Assembly (NCBI RefSeq): GCF_009914755.1
Contig: NC_060947.1
Length of the DNA stretch: 64,000 nucleotides
Source: the human T2T-CHM13v2.0 reference genome, Homo sapiens
Reading direction: 5' to 3' (one strand)
Shown here piece by piece: positions 15,640-30,554 of the stretch; the stretch's first letter is position 1, and each line of letters begins with the position of its first letter. Below the pieces are notes generated by a model. It was not told the origin of the DNA. It worked only from the letters and a program-made list of their open reading frames with translations, and made no database searches. Position numbers and translations under genes: made by a program.

Positions 15640-18037
15640 CAAGCCTACCCCGAGGTGTAATGTGTTTCACTTTATTGCTCTTTTCAGGTATTGTGTTTTT
15701 TACAAATTGAAGGTTTGTGGCAACCCTGCGCACAGCAAGTCTATTGCCACCATTTTTCCAGTATCATGTGCTCACTTTGCGTCTCTGTCGAATTTTGGTA
15801 ATTCTCACAGTATTCTAAATATTATTATTATTATTTTTATATCTGTTATGGTAATCTGTGATCAGCTATCTTGGATGTTTTACTATTGTCATTACTTGGG
15901 GCCCCCACAAACCACGCCTATGTAAGATGGCAAAGTTAATCTATAAACACTGTGTTCTGACTACTCCACTGACCAGCCATTCCCCTGTCTCTCTCCCTCT
16001 TGTTGGGCCTTCCTATTTTCTCGGACACAACAATCTTAAAATTAGGACAATTGATAACCCTACAATGGCCTCTAAGTATTCAAGTGAAATAAAGATCTGC
16101 GTATCTATCACTTTAAATCAAAAGCTAGAAATGATAAAGCTTAGTGAAGGAGGCATGTTGAAAACTGAGATAGATAGCAAGCTAGACCTCTTGTGCCAAA
16201 CAGCCAGGCTGTGAATGCAAAGGAAAAGTTTTTGGAGAAATTCAAAAAGTACTACTCCAGTGAACACATGAATGATAAGAAAGCAAAACAGCCATATTGC
16301 TGATATGGAGAAAGTTTTAGTGCTCTTTATAGAAGATAAAACTATCCACAACATTCCCTTAAGCCAAAGCTTAATCCAGAGCAAAGTTCTAACTTTTTTC
16401 AATTCTGTGAAGGTCAAGAGAGGTGAGGAAGCTGTAGAAGAAGAGTTGGAAGCTCATAGAGGTTGGTTCGTGAGGTTAAAGGAAGGAAGCCGTCTCTTTG
16501 GTGAAGAAACAAGTGCTGATGTGGAAGCTGCAGCAAGTTCTCCAGAAGATCTAGCTAAGATAATTGATGAAGGTGGCTATTCTCAAAAATAGATTTTTAA
16601 TGTAGACAAAACAGCTTTATATTGGAAGAATATGCCATCTAGGACTTTCATAGCTAGAAAGAAGTTAATTCCTGGCTTCAAAGCTTCAAAGCACAGGCTG
16701 ACTCTCTTGTTAGGGGCTAACGCAGCTGGTGACTTTACACTGAAGCCAATGCTTATTGACTATTCCAAAAATCCTAGTGTTATTAAAAATTATGCTAAAT
16801 TACTCTTTTTCTTTTCCCTATAAATGGAACAACAAAACTTGGAAGTCAGCACATCTGTTTGCTGCATGGTTTACTGAATATTTTAAGCCCACTGATGGCA
16901 CCTACTGCTCAGAAAAAACAGATTCCTTTCAAAATAGTACATGTTTACTGAAAATGCACCTGGTCACCTAAGAGCTCAGATGAAGACGTGTAAGGAGATT
17001 AATGTTGTTTTCACACCTGTTAACACAATATCCATTCTGCAGCCCATGGATCAAGAAGTAACTTTGAATTTCAAGCTTTATTATTTAAGAAAGACATTCT
17101 GGAAGGTGATAGCTGCCATAGATAGTGATTCCTCTGACAGATCTGGGCAAAATTGATTGAAAGCCTCCTTGAAAGTATTTGCCATTCTAGATGCCATTAA
17201 GAACATTCAAGATTCATGGGAAGAGGTCAAAATATCAACATTAAGAGAGTTTGGAAGAAGTTGATTCCAACCCACATGGATGACTCTGAGGGGTTTAAGA
17301 CTTCAGTAGAGGAAGTAACAGCAAATGTAGTAAAAAAAAAAAAAAAATAGCAAAAGAACCAGAATTAGAAGTGGAGCCTGAAGATGTGAGTGATATGCTG
17401 AGTTCTCATGATGAAACTTCAATGGATGAGAACTTGCTGCTTATAGATGAGCAAAGAAAGTGGTTTGTTGAGATGGGATATATTTCTGGTTAAGATACTG
17501 TGAACATTGTTGAAACGACAACAAAGGATTTAGAGTGTTACATAAACTTAGTTAATAAAGAGGTGGTAGGGTTTGAGAGGATTGATTTTAATTCTAACAG
17601 AATTTCCACTCTGTGTAAGATGCTATCAAACAGCATAGCATGCTACAGAAAAATCTTTTGTGAAAAGAAGAAGCAATGGATGCAACAAACTTCACTCTTA
17701 TCTTATTGTAAGAAATTGCCACAGCCACCCCAAACTTCAGCAGCCACCACCATAATCAGCCAGCAGCCACCAACATGGAGGCAAGATTCGCCACCAGCAA
17801 AAAGACTATGACTTGCTGAAGGCTCAGATGAGTGGTAGCACTTTTTGGTGATAACGTATTTTTAATTAGATATGTACATTTTTTAGACATAATGTTGCAC
17901 ACTTAATAGACTACTATGGTATAAACATAGCTTTCATATTCACTGGGGAAAAAAGCATTTTACTCACTTTATTGTGATATTTGTGTTATTATTGTGGTCT
18001 GGAACTGAACCCACAATATGTCTCAAAGGTATGCCTT
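15640..18037 (+). mobile_element. Full-length Tigger1 (pogo/TcMar) DNA transposon
   Basis: Degenerate TIRs CAAGCCTACCCCG and AAGGTATGCCTT (consensus CAGGCATACCTCG), TA at both ends, about 2.4 kb, transposase remnants. Confidence 0.95.
16064..17840 (+). pseudogene. Tigger1 transposase remnant (CENP-B HTH plus DDE_1), fragmented
   Basis: ORF pieces [61 protein letters not shown] and QDSPPAKRL, separated by stops and frameshifts. Confidence 0.9.
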
Positions 18038-19677
18038 TACAATTTCAATCATACCCCAATAAAGCTAGAAAGAAGAACACATAGAAGACACATAAAAATG
18101 AGATAAAATTTGAAATAATAACTAGAAATGTGTAAAACAAATTTATTTTTCTTAGTGGCTCTGTCCAACAACCTTCAGAAACATTTCTTTTTTTAAATAT
18201 TTTCTTCAGATTATCTCTAAGGTCTCTTGACAATATATCTGCTTTATTTTCAAAAGGTAGTAGCATTATCACTGTAGTATCACTCTAGTAGATGATTAAT
18301 GCATACCACAAATGTGCAATATATTTTAAATTACAGTGTTTACCAACTGTCATTTTTTTTTAGTTGACGGTTTAGGCTCAATTTATTTGTGGATTTTTTC
18401 AGCAAGTTCTCTAGCTACATACTCTCTCTTTTCCAGGCTAAAAGATCATAGCAATAGGTTTAACTAAAAGTCCACAAAAAAACAACTTTAGTATTAAATT
18501 CATATCAAAAAACTTTGTGTTGTATTAAGCATAATTCAAATCAGAGTAGCATATTTTGCATCTTTGACATGACTGTGGATCTTTGATTTATATGAAATGT
18601 GAAGCAGAAATAGCCATTTAGTAGCAGCTGTTGATGAAAACTTAGAGGATACATTTCCTTTTCTTCCAATGAGAATATTATTTTGTAGTCATTATTAGAA
18701 TTTCTCCAGTGGATGAGTCGTGGTTAATTCAATAACTGTACTCATCCCCATGCTGTGCATGAAAAAATTGGAGTCAAGAAGAATAAAATGACTCAGAGAA
18801 TCTTCTTTGTAACCTACCTGTAGGTATTGCCAAATGTATCCTGAGAACAGCTTGATAATATTTTCAATTTGACCAGATACACAGGCAGATCAATTTAAAA
18901 TATTCAATTTGACCAGTTCAATTGATCATTATGTACTCAATGTAATTCTTATGCCTACAGAGACAATGGTTAAAAAATGACAATATACAGTTTAAGACTT
19001 AAGATTTTCTTATGCTTTTTTTAATGACACTAAGAGATAAATATCAAATTGTAATGTCTTACGAGGGGTAAATTACACATACATTTTGTAGTTTCAAGTT
19101 GTTTACTTCTTATGTTCATAAAGTATGAGAACAGGAATTATCATTCATACAAATAAGAAGATAGATTGTTTTATCCATGGGCAACATCATGCTAAGTTTT
19201 CTTAGATATGCAAAATTCTCTCAGAGTTCTGAGTGGGGCAGAGTTTTTGGGTCAATTTTGATTTCAAATTGCTCCTTTTTTTCTAGACTATTAATATTTA
19301 AGGAAGGCCTAACTACTACATTGGCAAAGCTAGGAAACACCTCTCTTCATTATTGGTACTCCTGCTGGTGCCACAAAGGAAGCAACAGTTTGTTAATCAA
19401 TTCAACAAATCTTTATCAAATACCAACAATGAACAAAACAAAGAGAGAGGTAGTTATGTCAATATAGATCATAGAGGACTTGAAAGCAGAGGGACAAACA
19501 GAAAATAAAAAATAATAATGTATATCCAACACAACACAACAATAAGCATATTACATTTTAATGGAATACTCCCATAAATTTAAAGACAGAGATTTTCAGA
19601 ATTATTCAAATAGTAGAAAGCACCTTTAATCTGTCTACAAGGGACATACTTTAAATAGAAAGTTATGGGAAAGTTGA

Positions 19678-22349
<2,672 letters not shown>

Positions 22350-22518
22350 AAATTGGATGTAAACATATATGCCATACAAATAGCAACCCAATTAAGGTCG
22401 TAATGGCTATGTTTGTATCGGACAGATTTCAAGGAAAAAAGTATTTCCAGGACAAAAAGAAGCAACAAGCCATAATGACACCAACTTAACCATCATATGT
22501 TCCTGTCTAGACAGAACT

Positions 22519-22825
22519 AGCATTTCCCAAGGTATATTCTGAGGAACACTAGCCCAATGAAACAATCAGCAGAAAAAGGTTTGTTGTCCAACAAATATTT
22601 GAGACACAGTTCTTTTTTTAACTCTACTTCAATACTTCTTGGACATTCATGATAAGACTTGAAGGGATAGTGGTTTAAAGACCTTAGGGTATTCTGTACA
22701 CAAGAAAATTAATTGCCTCTGTTTAACCTGCCTTTTTCCAAGTCCATGTAACCATGAAGCCTCTTTTTATTTTATTTGTTTTCACATAACACTTTTAGCG
22801 TCCTATAGAATACAATGTTTGGTCA
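22519..22825. mobile_element. hAT-Charlie MITE (MER103-like)
   Basis: GCATTTCCCAAGGTATATTCTGAGGAACACTAG...CTCTGTTTAACCTGCCTTTTTCCAAG..CCATGAAGCCTCTTTTT resembles the recalled MER103 consensus. Confidence 0.45.
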
Positions 22826-23074
22826 AAATTAAGTTTATCGAGAGAGCTCCATCCCAAGCATTAGGAAAGTGCCTGAAATATTATGGACTATTAGTCAATG
22901 TTTGGTGAACAAATGTACTGATATAAACAGAGACAGAGGCAGTATATTAGAATTGTGGTGACAATTGCATCCAAAAGTTAAAATGCCTTGTGAGTGTCCT
23001 TATATTTTTATAATGTGTACAACTCATTAACAAGATTGATGGAAAAGAGCACTGCTATATTAAATTCCCCTCCT

Positions 23075-23382
<308 letters not shown>

Positions 23383-23642
23383 TCCCCTCCATGCTAAGAA
23401 GTACTGGTCATTCTAGCTTGCAAGGCCAAGATAAAACTTGTGATTAGAGGATTTTCTCTCTTCGACATATCCTAGAAAGTCAAGCTAGATTATAAACCAA
23501 AGAAATTGAAAAAGTAGAAGCCTATTTTACCAATTGCTATGATAATTTGGGCCAGAAGGAGACTACTAAATATGGGTCCGGGTGAAAGTGTCAAATGATA
23601 AGCAAGAGAAATTTGACCAAATGATTCATAAGAGCAAATGTC

Positions 23643-23644
<2 letters not shown>

Positions 23645-23684
<40 letters not shown>
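23645..23684 (+). repeat. Pure A40 tract
   Basis: Directly visible; flanked by AAGAGCAA direct repeats. Confidence 0.95.
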
Positions 23685-23686
<2 letters not shown>

Positions 23687-23704
23687 AGAGCAATAGAGTC
23701 CAGT

Positions 23705-25494
23705 TGTTACGGGATTCTTGCGGTATCACTTCTCTGGCCTGAAACCTCTGACTGGTGGCACCTTTGCTCGAGTTTTGCTTGGGCCCCTGGGCTTGTTCTG
23801 TCCACTTGGCCTGACAGGTTGCACTCAGCTCGCACTACTGGCCTGGATCCCACTCCTGCCAAGGGCAAGTCAGGCCTGGAGTGGAGAGGGGTTGGTGAGC
23901 GAGTGTGGGGTCTGGCCACTGCTCAGACATGCCAGCTTCTGCAGTGGGTGGACAGCTCCAGGTTTCAACATGGGTGCCAGGTCTCTGCAAGGCTGTGGCT
24001 GTACCGGGTGCACCACAAGCAGCTTCCCCGGCTGGCACCAGGGAACACAGTAGTGCCCTCAAGCTTGGAGACACCAGTCACTGCAGGACCCCAAAGAGGA
24101 AGTCACAGATCTGGCTTGGGGAGCTCTCAGGTCTGTACTCCCTGAGGGGCTGCAGCTATCCTCTCCTTCTCTTTGCCCACAAGGTGGTAAGCAAGGGACA
24201 TGTTTCAGCCCATGTGTTACAGCTCTTTTAGCTCCACCATTCAGCAGGTCCCAAGTTCTTGTCCTGTGACCACCAATAATGAGGTACACAGAAAAGTGGA
24301 GGGTTAGCAAGATGAAGAGGAGCTTTACTGAGCAATAGAACAGCTCACACGACCTGCAGTGTGTAGCTCCTTTCCACATTCAGGTTGTCTCAACAAGTGT
24401 TCAGCTCCTAGCAGAGAGGAGACCCTGGAATAGGAAGCTCCTCTCCTCAAGCAGATCATCCCATTATCTTCCCAGCTCTCAGCAGAGAGGAGGCCCTGGA
24501 GTGATTTGATCCTCTCTGCAGCTGGTAGTCCTGACATCTCTGCAGGCCTCTGAAGCTCTCAGCAGAGAGGAGGCCCTAGAGTGTGTAGCTCCTCTCTGCT
24601 GCTGGTCATCCTGACATCTGCTGCTCTCAGCAGCGAAGACAGGTTCCCTTTGCAGCTGGCAGGTCCTGTCATCTGCTCAGATCTGGCTGAGCCTAGGAGT
24701 TTTATGGGCCTCAGAGGGGAGGAAGTACATGCAGGATGGTCCATGGGTGGCCATGGGAAGCCCAGAAAAGCCACCACAAGTTCCCACTCCAGTCTGCGGG
24801 ACTGGCAGCCTGGCCCCCAGCCATCAGGAGCTCCCTGGCCTGAAGATGGTACCTCACTGGGGACTTGCCCCCTTCTGCCCAGAAATCTCTCTGCCACCCA
24901 CTGCCATTTGTGGCACTGGGGCTCAGCCCTGACTTTGCTTCAAGGTTGAAGTGGGTGCCAACAGCAGGCAGATGCCAGGCAGTGGGAGCAGGCATTTCTG
25001 AGCCTGCAAGGGCAGGGGGACATTCCCAGGTCCCCAAGAGTGCAGAGATGCCTGAGTCTTCTGCAGCAGTGGTTCGGGCTGCTGCCCCTGAGCCACAGGG
25101 TAGGGCTCCTGCCTGCTCCATGGAGTGAGGGGCCCGGGTCTGAAGCCATGGTTTGGGCAGCTGCAGCTGTGACTGGGAGGTCAGGGCTCCTGCCTGTTCC
25201 CAGCCCCCAAAGAGCACAGGGAGGCTCGGATCTGCAGCCACAACTTGGGCAGCTGCCAGCCTGCCAAGGAGGGTGGGGCTCCTGCCTTCTCTGTGGAGCA
25301 GGAGGCCTGGGTCTGCAGCTGTGGTTTCAATGACTGCAGCGCTCCCAGGGAGCTCCTTCCCCAACTCAGAAGGGACAGGGCTCCCACTTGTCCCATTTCC
25401 ACTGGCTCCATGGAGGATGCAGCCTCAGCCACACCTCCCTGCTGCTGTCAGCGTGATGGCAGTGGCAGGCCATCTGGAGCGCCCACTGCCATCA
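23705..25494 (-). mobile_element. MER52 (MER52A-sized) ERV1 solo LTR, 1790 bp
   Basis: The minus strand starts TGATGGCAGTGG and ends AAGAATCCCGTAACA. 4-bp TSD CAGT/CTGT. GC-rich, with internal 70-80 bp repeats at about 24400-24650. Confidence 0.87.
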
Positions 25495-26148
25495 CTGTGA
25501 GATTGATCAGTCAGAAAAGAGAGCAAGAGAAGTAGAACGAGGATTGAAAGTGGAACTGAACAAATTCCAGCAGCACAGGATCAAAGCCTGTTTATGTCTG
25601 AATTCCATTGCCTGCATGTGGGCACACATAAGATGAGTCATTTAAATGCACCAGCGTGGAATGTGGGATAATCACAAGGCATCTTACACAATAACAAATT
25701 AGGTTATAATCATATATTTTGAAGAAAGTTTTCAACAACAAAGAATGCATGGAACCTCAGTTCCAAAGCTTACATGTATACTGGAGAAAATTGGCAGCAT
25801 GAAATCAAAGGACATCTAAAAAAATACTACTAGATTATGCCTAACGGAGGAACTTCTATCAGAGAGGGTTGTGTGCTTTAATTGTCTTTTTAAGATGGCA
25901 TCTCAACTACAAAGAAAATAAATCTCTGGTTAGGAATTATGGACCTTGTTTCCTATTATCTTAGTGTTTAAAGGAAGGAATTATAGACTAAAAGTTATAC
26001 TTAATAAGCTTGTCTTTCCTGGTCACAGTAGAGATGGTTAATAATAGGCTGAGGACATCAACAACTAAATTACTGTCAGTGATATAAAAAAAGTTTCATC
26101 ATTAAAAAATGTAGCAAGGGCAAAGAATAGAACTGGATTTCTAGCTTA

Positions 26149-26178
26149 CGAGAGAGAGAATGAAAGAGAGAGAGAGAA
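26149..26178 (+). repeat. (GA)n
   Basis: Directly visible. Confidence 0.85.
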
Positions 26179-27177
26179 TTTAAATGCAATTAGGTCTGGG
26201 ATTGGGTAGAAGATGCAGTGATTGGCAGTGAATGATCTTGTCAAGCCACTGTGTAAGTGAATAATAGGATTGTTAGGCAAGGGAGGAAGAATCTCTTGTC
26301 AATTTTTGCTGTATGTCAAAGAGAAACAACTTTCTAGCGCAAGTTTAGCAGTGCCTGAGAGCATAAGTGAAGATGAAGGAACTTTTTTTTTGTATTTCCC
26401 TTACTTCCTTGAAATCAGCTATGCAATAACGAATTGATTTGTTCAAGACTGTCCTTACTGCGCTTTACAACCAAGAAATAATTATAAGTATTTACTGAGC
26501 ACCTACTACGTGACTGATACTATTTGGGAGTAGACTTACAGCATTATTTTATAAAATTCCCTACTGTTCTGCAAGAGCTATACATGGTAATTGTTTCCCT
26601 TCAAGAGAATGGGCAGATGAATCTCTGAACAAGACAGCTCATGACACGGTTTATTGGAGCCTTCCTCAAAACCCATCCAAGGTAAGTAACCGTGGATACA
26701 TCAAATTATCCACAATGTGAGTATTCACTTTTGTTATAATTATGTTCAAAGCAAGGCAGTGCAGGTATTACAAGATCTTTACTTTTGGTATTAGAAATCA
26801 ACTCTTAAAATAACAACAACAACAAAATCAATATGCAGCCAGTATGTTTTATTTTAATTGTTTGCTGAGGTAGTAAAAATGTGTTTGCTAACAGCTAAAT
26901 CCTAACTAATGTAATCAATAAAAGTTTTAGAAGAGACTAATAGTGAGTTTAGGAGGAAACAAAATTCTGTTAACCTTTAATTAATGATGGAATTACTTTA
27001 CACAGAACTCCCCATTCAGGCAAAAACTATGGCTTAATGAAGTTCCATGACCTCTAACGAATAAAGATAAGATAGCAGACACTCTAGTATGGACATATAC
27101 AAGGCATTGCAATGCTGATATAAATTTTAGTTTGCCTCGGGAAAGAATGAGAAAGATATTTTTGGAAGACTATTTTG

Positions 27178-27480
27178 GAGCTGTGTGGATGAATCACACA
27201 TACGTCACATCTACCAGAAAAAGTCAAGCTGCAGAAGAACTCATACAATTGGATACTGTTTATATGATGTTTAATCAATATATTGATTACAAATACCCAA
27301 ATATGTAGTAAGTGTATAAAAAGTAACAAGAGAATAATAAACACCAAAATTAGTATAATAGTCACTTCTATAAAAGGTGGAGGTAATTGGTGCAAGGAAC
27401 TTAATTGAATTAAGTTTTTTTTTTTTTCCCCCTGAACTGGTTTTGGATACACAGGTATTTGTTGTGTTCATAGCTATATT
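27178..27480 (+). mobile_element. L1ME-like 3'UTR fragment (left arm of an inverted repeat)
   Basis: TGGATGAATCACACATA...GAAAAAGTCAAGCTGCAGAAGAA...AATAATAAACACCAAAATTAG. Confidence 0.6.
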
Positions 27481-27786
27481 TCATTAAACGTACTATTATA
27501 ATTTTTTTTCAAATATACACACAAGTAGTGGTTTTAGTAAAATAAACTCTCCTATACTCATCTTTTGTATTCAACAATTATTAAAATGTTATATTTACTT
27601 CATCTATCTTTGTTCTTCTTTATATTTCTAAAGCATATTTTTTAATCCGAAACAATGTGTTATCTTATTTCTACATACATACATTCTACATTCTTTATAT
27701 ATTTACTACATATTTATGTATTTTAATCAATATATTGTTTTTCATGTTTTTAAACTTCATATCAACAGTACGCAATTGTATGTGTT

Positions 27787-28199
27787 TGTATTAGCCCATT
27801 CTTACACTGCTATAGAGAACTACTTGAGACTAGGTAATTTATAAAGAAAATAGGTTTAATTGGCTCATGATTCTGCAGACAGTACAGGTAGCATGGCTAG
27901 TGAGGCCTCAGGAAACTTTCCATCATGGTAACTTTCCATCATGGCGGAAGGTGAAGGGTAAGCAGGCACTCCTTACATGGCCAGAGTAGGAAGAAGAGAG
28001 AGAAGGGGGAGGTGCTATACACTTTTAAACAACCACATCTCCTGAGAACTCGCTTACTATACAGTACCAAGGGGAGATGGTGCTAAACTATTAGCAACCG
28101 CCCCAAGATCCAATCACTTCCAACTCGGCCCCACTTCCAGCATTGAGGATTACGATGCAACATGAGCTTTGTGTAGGAACACAAATCCAAACCGTATCA
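27787..28199 (-). mobile_element. MaLR solo LTR (MSTA-like)
   Basis: TGTATTAG...ACACAAATCCAAACCGTATCA with 5-bp TSD GTGTT (27782-86, 28200-04). Confidence 0.9.
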
Positions 28200-28319
28200 G
28201 TGTTCCTCTGCAGCTTAACTTTTTCTGGTCAATGTGACATATGTACGATTCATCCATATAGTTCCGCAACTGTTTTACAATATGGGTTTTTAAAAAACAT
28301 AACAGCAATCCATCATCAC

Positions 28320-28540
28320 TATTAACTAAGAAAATAGTAATTCCTTAGTATCATGTATACCAGAAGCCTATAAAAACAAAATCTTCCTCTAGTTGTCTCA
28401 AAAATCCCTTTTATTCAGTTGATTTGTTCAAATCCGGTCCACACTTGATATTTAGTTATTAGATCTCTAGCCCCTTTTAATCTAGGGTGTTCCTCCCTCC
28501 CATTTATCTTTTCATGCTATTGGCTTACTTCAGTAACTGG
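28320..28540 (-). mobile_element. L1MC4/5-like 3' fragment
   Basis: AATTCCTTAGTATCA...TTGTCTCAAAAAT...AGTTGATTTGTTCAAATC..GGTCCACAC. Confidence 0.45.
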
Positions 28541-28924
28541 GTCAGTTCCCATAGGCTGTTTATTCATTCTTTCTTTTTGTATGTCTTGAATATTGCATAT
28601 GTTTTAAAATATTTAAGATGCTATTATGTTGAAAAGGTTATGTATGACATTCACACAGTTGTTGGCCTTTTGAAGCATGATGAGATGATAGAAATGGAGA
28701 AAAGTCAATTGTCTGGCACTACGAATTGTATCTTTTTCAGAAGATGTGCCCGGATAATTTTTGACCAAGAAAAGCACTGTGTTATGAGTGGGCATGTATT
28801 TAGACATTAGTAGATAATAAATGTCTTACCCAAGAAGCACCAAGAAATGGCACTTTGTGAATTGCAGATCCTCTACCTATTCTTTTTCTAATGATAAATA
28901 ATCTTTATTCCAGATAAGATTTAT

Positions 28925-29260
28925 TTAATTTAAATTCAGCAAACATTATTTAACACCTAGTATATGCAAGTCATTGTTATATACTGCACCTAGGGTTGGA
29001 GACCAAGAGGAAGATTATTATTTATTAATAATAATAACTGATATTTATATAAAAATAAATATATGTCATTAATATCCCCCAAACAATTCCATAAGGTACC
29101 ATTGCATTGGCTATTATACAAATGATGCTCAGAGAAATTAAGCAAACTGCTCGGGGTCTCATAGCCAGTATAAACTGTTAAAAAATAACTATAGCTGAAA
29201 TTTGTTTTGTTTGAACTTGATTTGTCTGACTCCAAGACAGAGACTTGTAACACTGTCCTA
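28925..29260 (-). mobile_element. L2 end followed by a MIR fragment
   Basis: ATTCAGCAAACATTATTTAACACCTAGTATATGCAAG; GCTCAGAGAAATTAAGCAAACTGCTC...TGTCTGACTCCAA. Confidence 0.55.
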
Positions 29261-30289
29261 CAGTATACTGCCTCAAAGATAAGTGTAACTAACATGTTGA
29301 TCACAACAGCTAGGACATTCCACTTCACAGCAATCTGCTTAATTTGGCCCAAACTTCAATTTAATGCCCAGTGCGAGTAAGAAGCCCATTCCCTCCTTCC
29401 TATAATTTCAAGTGGCTTATTTTCACACGCCTTCCTCCCTGCAGGATAGCTTTATTTTTGTCACTAAACTATGAATACAACTCATGTTTTCATCAGTTTC
29501 CCCATGAAATCTACCAACACCCAGCATGTTTTTGTTTGCTTGTTTATTTGCCTGAGGATGTGAGGTTACAGTCACATGGAGCATTTCCTGGTGGTGGAGC
29601 TGGGTCCTACTGCCTGTCTCACAACACCATCCTTACATTATATTTGTACCCAGGTCTTTGGATATCTGGGCTCCTGCCATTAAGTAGCATGAATTTTTTT
29701 CCCCCAATGAGTACATGTACTATCCTAAGAAGAATTTTGCTGGCAGCTGTTAGAATAAATATATTTTTCCACCATAAGAGAAGCCTTTCCCAGGTTTCTA
29801 ATCTATGGGAGTGACATATGCTTTGCTGAGTGACTCCACCACACAGCAGACAGTATTAGACAAGGACAATATTAGACAGATTCCCTGAAGTCTGTTTTTT
29901 CACAGACCTTCACAACAGCCTTGGTGGGAATTCTAATTTTCCTACTTTATTTATAAGGAAATTAAGTAAAATTAGGAGAGCCTAATCACTCTAATCAAAC
30001 CTCCAGAAACTCTTCATTCACCTGTCTCAATTGGATCCCCTGAGGCTCACTTCTTGTTCATGTCAGTTGGCAGCAGTAAATCAGTACCATTGCTTACTCC
30101 TTTGATGGGGAACAGAGATTTCTGCTTTAAGAGAGCTAGAAATAGAATTATGTAAATACCGTTAGCTTACAGCACTTCTCATTATCCTCCATACTAGGAT
30201 TGGCATACATCTCAAATTCTACATTAATTTCCCCCCACAATTTATCTATATATCTATATTTCCTTGAAAAGTTTTTGCAAACATAGGAG

Positions 30290-30346
30290 ATATATATATA
30301 TGTACATATATGTGTGTGTATATATATATGTGTGTGTGTGTATATA
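30290..30346 (+). repeat. (TA)n/(TG)n microsatellite
   Basis: Directly visible. Confidence 0.9.
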
Positions 30347-30554
30347 TGAATCAGAAACATTTAGAAAATGTCAAATTAGAAAATAATATGCTAAAGGAGA
30401 GCTTTAGTTGTGGCATTTACAAGGCTTTTCTTTTAAATCAATATTAGTACCTCAATCATAGGCAATAGAAGGTGCTATTATTTTTATCTTAAATTGCCCA
30501 TAAACGAAGGACTTTCAAATCTTAGAACAGTATTGCACGAATGTGTTTTTTCTT

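Larger units (their letters stand above)
15550..18071 (+). mobile_element. L1M 3'-terminal fragment split by Tigger1 (15550-15639 plus 18038-18071)
   Basis: GGATATGTTAATTAGCTTGATTGTGGTAAT...CACTTTAAATATATA joins CAATTTCAATCATACCCCAATAAAGCT across the Tigger1. Confidence 0.7.

Noticed and set aside
24400-24650. Spaced repeats resembling a CRISPR array
   Set aside because: They are degenerate 70-80 bp tandem units inside the LTR with homologous rather than unique spacers. The context is eukaryotic and there are no cas genes.
23582-25535. Dense cluster of overlapping ORFs up to 217 aa, including a poly-Lys ORF
   Set aside because: The GC-rich MER52 LTR is stop-poor in all frames, and the poly-K comes from the A40 tract.
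29371-29814. 147-aa ORF in non-repeat sequence
   Set aside because: Non-ATG start, no family similarity, and a composition typical of random intergenic ORFs.
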